In this document: positions 1 to 8,589 of the stretch, piece after piece
How positions within the stretch are numbered: position 1 is the first letter of the stretch
How the letters are laid out: each line of letters starts with the position of its first letter
Assembly (NCBI GenBank): GCA_035710445.1
Contig: DASTDH010000160.1
Location: 1 to 40,176, forward strand
DNA length: 40,176 nt
Source of the DNA: Chthoniobacterales bacterium
Lineage (GTDB): Bacteria > Verrucomicrobiota > Verrucomicrobiia > Chthoniobacterales > JAFAMB01
Direction: 5' to 3'
Position numbers and translations under genes: made by a program
Notes under the pieces: generated by a model
What the model saw: only the letters and a program-made list of their open reading frames with translations
Told to the model about the DNA's origin: nothing
Databases searched by the model: none

Positions 1-251
1 CACCCCATGAATGTCTTCTGGTGGTCGATGCTACCACCGGCAGCAACGCTTTGGTACAGGCCAAAGAGTTTCGGGAAGCGATTGGCTTGAGTGGCTTGGT
101 GGTGACCAAACTGGATGGCTCCGGCAAAGGAGGGATAGTCATCGCGATCCAGAACGAACTTGGGATACCGCCGCGATTTGTCGGAACTGGAGAAAGACTT
201 GAGGATTTCGCCTATTTCAACAAGGAGGATTTTGTCCAAAATCTGCTCTAG
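1..251 (+). CDS. ftsY: Signal recognition particle receptor FtsY, C-terminal end only (5' part lies upstream of the window)
   Basis: The frame is open from the window edge (codons from nt 3: PHECLLVVDATTGSN...). It carries SRP-GTPase G4/G5 motifs (TKLDGSGKGG, VGTGERLEDF). The protein ends directly after the NG domain with no Ffh M-domain. The 'M' at nt 21 in the ORF track is an internal GTG. Confidence 0.85.
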   Translation, partial: PHECLLVVDATTGSNALVQAKEFREAIGLSGLVVTKLDGSGKGGIVIAIQNELGIPPRFVGTGERLEDFAYFNKEDFVQNLL

Positions 252-1660
252 CCGGTCGATTCTTTCAATTCGTCTTTGGTTTCATTCTCGGGCAAAGGGT
301 GCTCCCGTTTGAAGTGGAGCTGAAGAATTCGTCGTCCGTCAGTCTGCGTGATTGTGACGAGGTAACCTTCAACCCGCACTTGCTCTCCCTGCCGTGGCAG
401 GTGCCCAAGCAGTTGCACGACGTAACCACCGATAGTGCTGACGTCCGAGGTCTCTAGCTCCAGATCAGCTAACTCCTGAAGTTCATACAGGTTTAGCTGT
501 CCTTGAACGACAAATTCCTCGTCGCTGAGCCGGACGAATTCGCGCGCCTGCTCCTGGTCAAATTCATCTTTGATCTCACCGACTAGCTCGCCCAATACAT
601 CGTCCAAAGTAACGATGCCGACGGCCCCGCCGTATTCGTCTACCACCACGGCAAAATGCGCCCGTTTGGTCAGAAAAGCTTTGAGCAGTTTTTCTAGCGG
701 CATGAATTCCGGCACCGGCATTAAGTCGCGCTTCACGCTGAGCAGATCCGGTTTCGGCTTTTTCATTTCTTGCATCAGATCTTTGACGTGAATCAGCCCG
801 ATGGTGTTATCCAAATGGCCTTGCACTAAAGGAAACCGAGTGTGTCCAGATTCGAAGGCGACCTGCAAATTCGTCTCGAAGGAATCTTGAACGTCCAAGT
901 AAATGACATCGCCGCGCGGGGTCATGATGTCCCGCACGACGCGTCGTCGAAAATCAAGCGCATTGATCAGCAACTCCTTGCTTAACGGTGTGACCGCGGC
1001 TTCCGAGTCACTTTCGGTCAGGATGACTCTCAACTCTTCCTCGCTGTGGCTGAGCTCATGCTGAGCCACCGGATTGACGCGAAAAATCACTTTCAGCACA
1101 AACCGGGCGGAGACCTGCAAAAACCAGATCGCCGGGCGGAAAATTGTATAGAAAAGATGCAAAGGTGCGACCAACAGCAAACTCGCACCCAAAGATTTGC
1201 GGATCGCCAAAGTCTTGGGCGTCAACTCGCCCAAAACGATATGGAGATACGTGATCAGTGAGAAGCCGATTGCAAACGAGATGCCGCTAATGACGGCCGG
1301 TGAACTCACACCGACGCGGAGCAATAACGGTTGCAGCAGCTGAGCTACATACGGTTCGCCGATCCAGCCTAGTCCCAAGCTGGATAAAGTAATGCCCAGT
1401 TGGGTGGCCGAGAGATAAGCATCGAGATTGGAAATGACATGTCGAACGAACCCGGCCCGCTTGTTACCTTCCTCTTCCAGAGCATCAAGCTGACTCGAAC
1501 GTACCTTGACCAAGGCAAATTCCGAGGCGACAAAAAAACCGTTCAAAAGAACCAGCGCCAGGATGACTAAGGCGTTCAGAATCACGACGCTGGGGGACGC
1601 AAATTCCACCTGGACATCAAGCAAGTCTGACCCTGTACTGACCAGAGAACCAATTGTCAT
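248..1660 (-). CDS. CNNM/CorC-HlyC family transporter (DUF21 membrane domain, CBS pair, CorC_HlyC C-terminal domain)
   Basis: N-terminal TM block with NGFFVASEFALVKVR (DUF21). CBS pair region VRDIMTPRGDVIYLD...IGLIHVKDL. C-terminal GGYVVQLLGHLPRQGEQVRVEGYLVTI (transporter-associated domain). Start placed at ATG 1660 (MTIGSL...); the longest ORF reaches 1723. Confidence 0.85.
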   Translation of the reverse strand: MTIGSLVSTGSDLLDVQVEFASPSVVILNALVILALVLLNGFFVASEFALVKVRSSQLDALEEEGNKRAGFVRHVISNLDAYLSATQLGITLSSLGLGWIGEPYVAQLLQPLLLRVGVSSPAVISGISFAIGFSLITYLHIVLGELTPKTLAIRKSLGASLLLVAPLHLFYTIFRPAIWFLQVSARFVLKVIFRVNPVAQHELSHSEEELRVILTESDSEAAVTPLSKELLINALDFRRRVVRDIMTPRGDVIYLDVQDSFETNLQVAFESGHTRFPLVQGHLDNTIGLIHVKDLMQEMKKPKPDLLSVKRDLMPVPEFMPLEKLLKAFLTKRAHFAVVVDEYGGAVGIVTLDDVLGELVGEIKDEFDQEQAREFVRLSDEEFVVQGQLNLYELQELADLELETSDVSTIGGYVVQLLGHLPRQGEQVRVEGYLVTITQTDGRRILQLHFKREHPLPENETKDELKESTG

Positions 1661-1924
1661 CAAAACTGTCTGCACCCTCCTCAGCACGACCCTGAGACCG
1701 CGATCCCAGCGTAATCCCAGCAAATCGACAGAGTCTTGAAGTAACAGATCCGAACCAGATCCGATAGTTCAAAAACCTGGGCTGGCTAACCTGGTATGTT
1801 TTATCCGGCCAATAGGAGACGATGCACCAAGCATCATATTTGTCGACTCGCCGATCGAGAAAGCTTGCTCAAAGAAGCGACCGCTCCGAGCCAGAATCTG
1901 CTCCGGTGCCCGAGAAACGCGAGA

Positions 1925-2194
1925 TCACCAACTCGACTTCGTAACCCCGGGAATCAGCCCCTGGGACGCATATTCGCGAAACGCGATTCGTGACAGACGA
2001 AAGCGCCGGATGAAACTACGCCGACGACCGCTCTGCTCACAACGGTTAACCAGGCGAGTGGGGCTGGCATCGCGCGGAAGCTGGGCAAGGCCCTCGTAGT
2101 CGCCCTTGGCCTTCAACTCGGCCCGAAGTGCGGCATACTTCTGTACGGTCTTCTGCTTGCGCTTATTCCTTTCGATCCAAGCTTTCTTCGCCAT
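1925..2194 (-). CDS. rpsN: 30S ribosomal protein S14, long non-zinc (C-minus) form, 89 aa
   Basis: [28 protein letters not shown]...[40 protein letters not shown] is a full-length S14. It has a single Cys, so no CxxC...CxxC zinc ribbon. Start set at the MAKK ATG (2194), not the upstream ATG at 2224. Confidence 0.9.
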   Translation of the reverse strand: MAKKAWIERNKRKQKTVQKYAALRAELKAKGDYEGLAQLPRDASPTRLVNRCEQSGRRRSFIRRFRLSRIAFREYASQGLIPGVTKSSW

Positions 2195-2242
2195 AAAAGA
2201 GCAAGGAAAGTAACGGGAATTCACCGGCTTGCAACGGAAAAG

Positions 2243-2419
2243 TTACGGCCGTCCGGAAAACCAGGAAGAGAGATCCTGAGGGAAATAGGGTGCGGCCTCA
2301 TATTGAGGCCCTGTTGTGGAAATGTGATAACGCGTCTGTCCAACCAGGTAAATAAACCCAACCAGGTTCATAATCCCAAAGGCGAGATAGGCGATTACTC
2401 GGATTTTGCATGCTTTCAT
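2243..2419 (-). CDS. Hypothetical 58-aa single-pass membrane micro-protein (below the 60-aa cut-off of the ORF track)
   Basis: Hand translation of the minus strand gives ATG(2419) MKACKIRVIAYLAFGIMNLVGFIYLVGQTRYHISTTGPQYEAAPYFPQDLSSWFSGRP TAA(2243). It has one clear hydrophobic helix and ends 48 nt upstream of rpsN on the same strand. No homology recognised. Confidence 0.3.
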   Translation of the reverse strand: MKACKIRVIAYLAFGIMNLVGFIYLVGQTRYHISTTGPQYEAAPYFPQDLSSWFSGRP

Positions 2420-2521
2420 GTTCCGATCCTAGCCTTGGATTACACCGAAGAATAATCGATAAATAAGCCGTGGACATTGATATGATCGATACTTACCCTT
2501 CGCAAAGGCCTATAACGGCAC

Positions 2522-2583
2522 GGCGAAAACCCGAGTTCGCCAAACGCGTGTCGCCCTAGGCTTTGAAAAGGCGGGTTTTCGCC
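2522..2583. repeat. Perfect 12-bp inverted repeat GGCGAAAACCCG / CGGGTTTTCGCC with a 38-nt spacer, just downstream of the PHP::GT4 stop
   Basis: Read directly: 2522-2533 and 2572-2583 are exact reverse complements. On the minus strand the right arm region (2566-2585) also forms a short GGCG/CGCC hairpin followed by TTTT. This is a possible weak terminator of the 8589->2632 operon. Confidence 0.4.
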
Positions 2584-2631
2584 CTGGCCGAATCGGCGGT
2601 GACCGCCACCACTCACCCTTCACCGACCGCC

Positions 2632-5031
2632 TCACAGCGTCTCATTCCAGAATTGGCGAAAGGCGTGACTCCAGTTCCGGTCCTGCACGCGTTCGCGGGC
2701 TCGTTGCGCCATCTTTTGCCGGAGATCCTGGTCAAGAACGAGCCGGCGCACCGCCCTGGCAAAATCTTCGGCGTCATGAGAGCGAGTCACGAGCCCGTCC
2801 ACTCCATCCTCTACCAGCTCGTGCGGTCCGCCTTGATCGGAAACAACGCAAGGCAGACCTGCCGCCTGCGCCTCGATGACCACATTTCCAAAAGTATCAG
2901 TCGTACTGGGGAAGACAAAGATATCGCTTGAGGCGTACGCGGTCGCTAGTTCCCTCCCTTTCAAGTAGCCGGTGTAGCATGCCTCTGGAGCGATCTCCAT
3001 CAGCTCCTTGAGATAGGGACCGTCGCCTACTACTAATAGTCGCACCGCCAATCCTTCCTGGCGAAGGAGCCGAAGCGCTTCCACCGCAACGTTGAGATTC
3101 TTTTCCTTGGAAATCCGGCCAACGTAAAGCAACCCAATATCTTCCGCCTCCTTGCCAAATTGAGTCCAGAACTTCGTACTGCGTAGTTCAGGGTTGAACT
3201 GGAGTTGATCCAATCCGCGCGGAAAGATTTTGAGTTTTTCCGGAGCGATTCCGCGATCGATCCAACGCTGGCGATAGTGCTCCGAATTGACGTAAACGAG
3301 ATCGAGCTGGGAGTAGAACCAGTGCATAAAGTTCCAAGCCAGCGTCTCCATGTAATTGTCCTGGGTCAGGATCCGAACGTATTGGGGAAAGTCGGTATGG
3401 TAAATGCCGGTGGTCTTGAGATCGAGCATCTTCCCGGCCAATAGCGCGGTCAATCCAACGGGTCCGGGGGTGCTAATGATTAACTCGGTAAACCGCTCGC
3501 GCTGAATATAGTCGATCATATGCAGGACCGGCGGGAAACTGAGTTTCTGCAGCTCGTACTCCGGAAGTTCGAATTCGCCGATCGGGGCAAAGTTCTTGAT
3601 CGGGATATCGGCCAGACTGATCTGCTGACGTGAGGTCACAACGATCAGGTCGGCCCCGCATTCCAAACCAGCTGCCGTCATCTTGCGAATCGTGGTGGTT
3701 ACTCCATTGACATCCTCGAGAGTATCCGTGAACCACGCGCGTCTGGTATTTTGGAGGACGTCCGGTACGAAATTTACGGTGCCGACGCAGATATCAGTCA
3801 ATCGACGACGAGAAGGGGCTTGGCTATGAAAGCCGTAAAAATATGGACCGAGCAACATCCCCATCGGCAGAAGGGCGCTGAGCGTTTGCATGGCCTCCAC
3901 CACGTTACCGCCGGTTATCTGTTGAACAAATTTGTCGAAGAAACGAAACCCGAGCTGGTTGAAGATTAAGGCAACCAGCAGGAACGCTCGCCTTTCCGGC
4001 TCCTTCACTCCTTCGGTTTCCCGAGCCAATTGTGCCTGGACGTTGGCGTTGCCAAAATAATTCGCCAGCTCCGGCCAAATGGAAAGATTAGAGGGCCTCG
4101 CCAGCTCGAAGATCTTACCGGAGAGGATGCCGCTGAACATGAGGCCAATCTTTTCCCCGAGGCTGAATTGAGTCGGATTCTTTCCCTCCATGAAGCGGGA
4201 AAACACTACTTCGAGGAAATCGAGGTTGGGACTGACCGCGGAAAACTTAGCTTTGGCAAATTGGTAGGTCGTATTGTACAGGCCGTGTGCTATCGCGAGC
4301 GGGGTACCGCCAGGGCCACGGACTACGCAATCGCCGTGCTCGATGTATCGAAAGAATTCCGCCACGTTCTCGCTGGTGGGTGCTTCGGTGTAAGCCGATG
4401 CAGGAAAAATGCCGGCGTGATCGTCTGAGCCACCAATCAGGATCTTGCGCCATGGTTCTTTGTGGGTCGGGGTTAATTTCTGTCGATCCGAGAATTTCTC
4501 GATCAGTTCGGGAGTAAGCGATCGAAAAACAAACCGCGCGACTTCGCTGAGCAGAGAGTCACGGAGCCCGTTTACTCCTTCGAAGTGCCTGAAAAGCAAA
4601 ACCAACTTTTGAACATGGTCAGCCGTTAATCGTCGGTCTTTGTCGTAAAACGGATGAGCGACGGCGTGAACGATTCCTCGATCGGCCAGATAGGCCCGCA
4701 ACTCGTAAATATTCCGTCGTACTTGTTGGATCTCCCGGTGCTCGACTTCCGTAATATTCCAGACCAGCACATGGACGCCGACCTGGTCCTCGGGAAACTC
4801 CGCCGCAACCTCACAGCTAACGAAAGTCTCTGGCTGATCGGCTATCTCCAGGCAACCATCGATTCGGTTGTGATCGGTGAATGTAACAAAAGACATCCCC
4901 TTTTCCCGCAATCGCTTGTACAGGCTGCGCGGATCGGAATAACTATCGGGAAATTCGAAACGCCGAAACAGCCACTCGACAGAGCGATCACTGAAACGTG
5001 AGTGCAGATGCAAATCAACTTTCGCAGCCAT
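2632..5031 (-). CDS. PHP-domain phosphoesterase fused to a family 4 (GT-B, Glycos_transf_1) glycosyltransferase, 799 aa
   Basis: N-terminus has VDLHLHSRFSDRS...TFTDHN...GGSDDHAG, the PHP metal-binding His/Asp motifs. The central part is hydrophobic or amphipathic (AFLLVALIFNQLGFRFF, LSALLPMGMLLGPYFYGF). C-terminus has WFTDTLEDVNGVTTTI...LLYVGRISKEKN...FVFPSTTDTFGNVVIEAQAAGLPCVVSDQGGPHELVEDGVDG, a GT4 E-x7-E type motif. Confidence 0.85.
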   Translation of the reverse strand: MAAKVDLHLHSRFSDRSVEWLFRRFEFPDSYSDPRSLYKRLREKGMSFVTFTDHNRIDGCLEIADQPETFVSCEVAAEFPEDQVGVHVLVWNITEVEHREIQQVRRNIYELRAYLADRGIVHAVAHPFYDKDRRLTADHVQKLVLLFRHFEGVNGLRDSLLSEVARFVFRSLTPELIEKFSDRQKLTPTHKEPWRKILIGGSDDHAGIFPASAYTEAPTSENVAEFFRYIEHGDCVVRGPGGTPLAIAHGLYNTTYQFAKAKFSAVSPNLDFLEVVFSRFMEGKNPTQFSLGEKIGLMFSGILSGKIFELARPSNLSIWPELANYFGNANVQAQLARETEGVKEPERRAFLLVALIFNQLGFRFFDKFVQQITGGNVVEAMQTLSALLPMGMLLGPYFYGFHSQAPSRRRLTDICVGTVNFVPDVLQNTRRAWFTDTLEDVNGVTTTIRKMTAAGLECGADLIVVTSRQQISLADIPIKNFAPIGEFELPEYELQKLSFPPVLHMIDYIQRERFTELIISTPGPVGLTALLAGKMLDLKTTGIYHTDFPQYVRILTQDNYMETLAWNFMHWFYSQLDLVYVNSEHYRQRWIDRGIAPEKLKIFPRGLDQLQFNPELRSTKFWTQFGKEAEDIGLLYVGRISKEKNLNVAVEALRLLRQEGLAVRLLVVGDGPYLKELMEIAPEACYTGYLKGRELATAYASSDIFVFPSTTDTFGNVVIEAQAAGLPCVVSDQGGPHELVEDGVDGLVTRSHDAEDFARAVRRLVLDQDLRQKMAQRARERVQDRNWSHAFRQFWNETL

Positions 5032-5055
5032 GCCTGAATTCGCCCGCAGCGACGC

Positions 5056-5808
5056 CTAAGATTCGGTTGAATCGAGATGGTTAGCAATGAACTTCTCGTA
5101 GGTCAACGGCCGGCGATCTTCTAACGCGGAGCCGAGCAGACTTTTCACCTGAGCCCAAACCATTGGGATCTCTCGATCGGTTGGATGGATCGCAATCCGG
5201 AGCAGGGGCCGCTCCCGCAAGCGAGAGCTTAGGCCATGGTTCCAAGCCAAACTGACTACCCGACGCCAGGAAGACCGGGTACTCCAAACTAATGAGCGAG
5301 AGACATAACGATGCAGGCCCTCAAAAACATCGACCGAGCTGACCGTCGTTATATAGCGAAAGCCGACATGTCGCACGGCCGCTTCTGCCTCAAAACCGAG
5401 TAGCCAGGCCGGCGCCACAAATCCGGAAATTGGTCTCTGCAAAAACTCCAGATCGGTCAGACCGCGGCGCAATCGCCGAGACGCTTCGGATCGATCCAGA
5501 TCGTAGAATTCTCCTTCTCCAGCAGTGTAAACCTGGTTGGTGAACTTTACGATCCCGGCATCGGTGTCCTTGGGACTTCGAGCGTGAAAATAACCATGCA
5601 AAATTGGCTCATGACCTTCATTCACCTTCGCTTTCAGCCATCCCCGAAAATCTTCAGATTCCGTGACCGGAGCTCGCTCATGGTGATTGGGAATTATCAG
5701 AAGCGACGTTATTGGAACGCCGAGCTCCCGCAAATCGTCCAAAATTCGAGCGCAACTTGCTTGGGTTAGCGGGGAGACATCATGGATGGAAACGACGAGG
5801 TTCCGCAT
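5056..5808 (-). CDS. DUF2334 family protein (polysaccharide-deacetylase-like fold)
   Basis: MRNLVVSIHDVSPLTQASCARILDDLRELGVPITSLLIIPNHH...GHEPILHGYFH matches my recollection of the DUF2334 N-terminal signature (IHDVSP...HGY.H). Overlaps the upstream Lnt-like gene by 29 nt and lies 24 nt upstream of the PHP::GT4 start. Confidence 0.6.
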   Translation of the reverse strand: MRNLVVSIHDVSPLTQASCARILDDLRELGVPITSLLIIPNHHERAPVTESEDFRGWLKAKVNEGHEPILHGYFHARSPKDTDAGIVKFTNQVYTAGEGEFYDLDRSEASRRLRRGLTDLEFLQRPISGFVAPAWLLGFEAEAAVRHVGFRYITTVSSVDVFEGLHRYVSRSLVWSTRSSWRRVVSLAWNHGLSSRLRERPLLRIAIHPTDREIPMVWAQVKSLLGSALEDRRPLTYEKFIANHLDSTES

Positions 5809-7279
5809 AAAACTTCTTCAAGCCTTCACTCAAAGCTAAAAACAGCGCTAACATACCCATGGCAATCGGGAACCAATCGCCATGGGCAGCGTAATAGGAA
5901 GAATCAACCCCAACCGGTGGATCGATTTCCCCTACGTTCGCTCCTTCGATCTCCGGATCTGCTGAAGCGGTCAACCGTCCGGAGCTAGCCATGAGGATCG
6001 CTCCCGCTCGACGCGAGTTGAACACAATTGGTCGACCGAGCGCAACCGCCCAGGCGCGGACATTTTGTTTTAGTTGCTCTTCCTCAGCAGCGACCGCAGC
6101 CGGTTGATCAACGAGTACCACGAAACATTGAATTTGTTTCTGGACGGCGGCCCGCAATCTCTCCAGCGAGCCGGCATCATTCGCCAAAAAAGGAAGAATG
6201 GAGGCGTCCTTACAGGTGATGGGCTGATCGTTGCGTAAACGCTGATCGGCAATCAGCTGAAAAAGCGGATGCGATGCGAAAGCAAATACGCTTCGGACCG
6301 ATCCAGGGGCGAAGATATTGTATCCAGTGAGAGGCGCTTCGGGCGAAGCAGCTGTCCCGGCAATCAGCGTGATGCTCTGTCCGAGCGAGGCCTTGCTCAA
6401 AACTTGGTAATCACCGCTGTGCAATTGGGTTCGGCGCCACACAACCAAATCGCAGTGGGTAGCTGGAGCAACGAGTGACAGATCGGTCAAATGGTTGAGA
6501 TCGGTCTCCGAAGAAGAAACGATACAAACCTTGAGCCCCTTCGGCTCTGACGCAGATCGCAAGGACCAAAAGCCGGCCACTGCGACCAGGAGCAGCACGG
6601 CTAAGGTTGCGGTGACATCGAAGCGTCCCGCCCAATTCATGCGTCCAGGTTGGAGAATCAAACGCCTGATGTTGGCTAGAATGATCGTATTCGCGAACAC
6701 CACGATAAAGGTTAGCCCGCTGAGACCGACAACTTTGGTGAGTTGAAGCAACGCCAGATTGCCGGCGACCGGCAATCCCGCTTGATTCCAAATTGGCAAA
6801 ATAAAACCTCGCAGCCACTCCAGACCGATCCAGGCGGAGGCAACCAGGGCCGCGAGACGGAGGTGTGCTCCCGAACCAATCCACGCGTCGGTTGAGCGCC
6901 CTGGAGCAACCAGGATTGGTTCAAGCGAACCCTTCTTTCCGGTTTTTCCCTTAGAAAACTCTGGAAGGACAGCAAATCGCCCAATCAGCCAGGCCCAAAC
7001 CGCTCCTGCGACGGCCAAGGATCCGACATTTTGGGCTAACTCATTCCACCGGGTCTCCACTCCCAGCCAGCTAAACGCGATGAAGCCAAAGGTCGCACAA
7101 AACAGCGCCCCTTGAACCAGTAAGACCAACGCGGACCCTCTCAGAATGAGCAAACCGCCCAGTACTGGAACGAAAGCAATCCAAACGAGCCAAGACACGT
7201 TCCACGGTGGAAACGCTAAGCCCAAGAGCACACCGCTTAGCAAGCTCAAGCCGATCTGCCAAATCAGGTGTATTTTCAT
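5780..7279 (-). CDS. Apolipoprotein N-acyltransferase (Lnt)-like membrane protein with a degenerate CN-hydrolase domain
   Basis: N-terminal polytopic domain with LAFPPWNVSWLVWIAFVPVL and LEWLRGFILPIW, compared with E. coli LAFSPYDVW and TEFLRGWVLTGFPW. C-terminal TM (YYAAHGDWFPIAMGMLALFLAL). The periplasmic domain aligns by eye with the Lnt nitrilase domain but without the E-K-C triad (see findings). The ATGA overlaps the DUF4105 gene stop. Confidence 0.7.
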   Translation of the reverse strand: MKIHLIWQIGLSLLSGVLLGLAFPPWNVSWLVWIAFVPVLGGLLILRGSALVLLVQGALFCATFGFIAFSWLGVETRWNELAQNVGSLAVAGAVWAWLIGRFAVLPEFSKGKTGKKGSLEPILVAPGRSTDAWIGSGAHLRLAALVASAWIGLEWLRGFILPIWNQAGLPVAGNLALLQLTKVVGLSGLTFIVVFANTIILANIRRLILQPGRMNWAGRFDVTATLAVLLLVAVAGFWSLRSASEPKGLKVCIVSSSETDLNHLTDLSLVAPATHCDLVVWRRTQLHSGDYQVLSKASLGQSITLIAGTAASPEAPLTGYNIFAPGSVRSVFAFASHPLFQLIADQRLRNDQPITCKDASILPFLANDAGSLERLRAAVQKQIQCFVVLVDQPAAVAAEEEQLKQNVRAWAVALGRPIVFNSRRAGAILMASSGRLTASADPEIEGANVGEIDPPVGVDSSYYAAHGDWFPIAMGMLALFLALSEGLKKFYAEPRRFHP

Positions 7280-8589
7280 CGAGCGCTTGGTCTCACGGGA
7301 GTTCTTCGATAAATCTCAATGGCGCAACGCCAGCCGAGCAAAATTGCGAGGGGATAGATGGCATGATGAAACTGCTGCGGCAACCAGGGCGACGCGATTG
7401 AGAAGAGCGCGATCTCCGCTAAAGCAATCGCGAAGTAGGCGCGCATCCAGTATCGCCCTGATCGCTGGAGGAAAATTAACCCGATGCCGGCCAGGAGATG
7501 AGTTGGCACCAACCAGCCAAGATTCCAATTGTCATAAGCCTCCCAATGTAATGTGTTCGCCGAAAAGAGGACCAGGAATGTTCCAACCCCGCCCAAAATA
7601 AGAAAGACGATTCCGGAGAGGGCAGCCGAAGCCGAGTAGCCTCTGATCATCCAGCAGGCGACCCAAAAAAGTAATAGAACCCAAAGGACGAATTCGGGCC
7701 GAAAATACCATGGTACCGAAGGCAATGGTTGTGGCCGGTAAATCGTCGTCGGTTTGCGACCCAAGGGACCGCTTTCGTTGGAACTTCCCTGAACCGCTCG
7801 TTCAAGATTGAAGGGCAAGAAACAGGCTTCGCGCGGGGTAACCAAACGATCAACCCGCGAACCCAAAAGAAGATAGATACCAAAACGTATCCAGGGGATT
7901 CGGAGAAAGTATGGATCCAGCATTTGGCGGAAGGTAATTTTTCCGATCGACGAATCGGCTACCGGATGGCCCCAAACTTTCTCAAATATGTCTCGTACTC
8001 GAGTTGAGCAGTTATCCAGTATGAAATCGTAACGATAGAAGCGATTTTCCGGCAGCAGATTGGTCTCCAACTCGGAGAACATCGCCTGGCGCTGATCAGC
8101 CTTGAAGTTCAAGATCGATTCAGTAACACCCTGGCCCAAAGTACCCCGCTCATTGATCTCCGCGGTCGATAGTCCCACCGACAACTGGTAAAGCAGATCT
8201 CCGCGAGCAAACTTGAGATAAAAGGCCTCCGTTTCGAAATCAAAAGTCCCAAAATTGTACAGCCGGTCAATCTCTTGGGCGTCATCTCGCACCCGGATCG
8301 AGCTGTGACCAAACGCTGTATAGAGCTCGTCGCCGGGAGAATAGGTAACCAATGAGATCGTCGCGTGATCACTCAAGCGCGGTAGATCGATACGCGGTGT
8401 CGCGAAGCTGACGATGGGAGCAAATACGGCCCAGAATAAAATGAGTGCAGAGTTCAGACGGTTGGCGCAGTTGCAAATGTTCCAGCGACCAGGAAGGACG
8501 CCGGAAGCATCGAGAAGGCCGACAACGCCGGGAACTGGATCTGAGTGCTCTGGTGTCGTGCTTTGGCAACTCCTTGCTGTCTCCATCAA
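7276..8589 (-). CDS. DUF4105 (Lnb_N-like periplasmic domain) protein with a C-terminal multi-pass membrane domain
   Basis: ISLVTYSPGDELYTAFGHSSIRVRDDAQEIDRLYNFGTFDFETEAFYLKFARGDLLY is the DUF4105 signature as I recall it. It is followed by about 5 hydrophobic helices (FVLWVLLLFWVACWMI, IVFLILGGVGTFLVLF, LLAGIGLIFL, FAIALAEIALFSIA, IYPLAILLGW). The exact start is uncertain. Confidence 0.65.
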   Translation of the reverse strand: MMETARSCQSTTPEHSDPVPGVVGLLDASGVLPGRWNICNCANRLNSALILFWAVFAPIVSFATPRIDLPRLSDHATISLVTYSPGDELYTAFGHSSIRVRDDAQEIDRLYNFGTFDFETEAFYLKFARGDLLYQLSVGLSTAEINERGTLGQGVTESILNFKADQRQAMFSELETNLLPENRFYRYDFILDNCSTRVRDIFEKVWGHPVADSSIGKITFRQMLDPYFLRIPWIRFGIYLLLGSRVDRLVTPREACFLPFNLERAVQGSSNESGPLGRKPTTIYRPQPLPSVPWYFRPEFVLWVLLLFWVACWMIRGYSASAALSGIVFLILGGVGTFLVLFSANTLHWEAYDNWNLGWLVPTHLLAGIGLIFLQRSGRYWMRAYFAIALAEIALFSIASPWLPQQFHHAIYPLAILLGWRCAIEIYRRTPVRPSAR

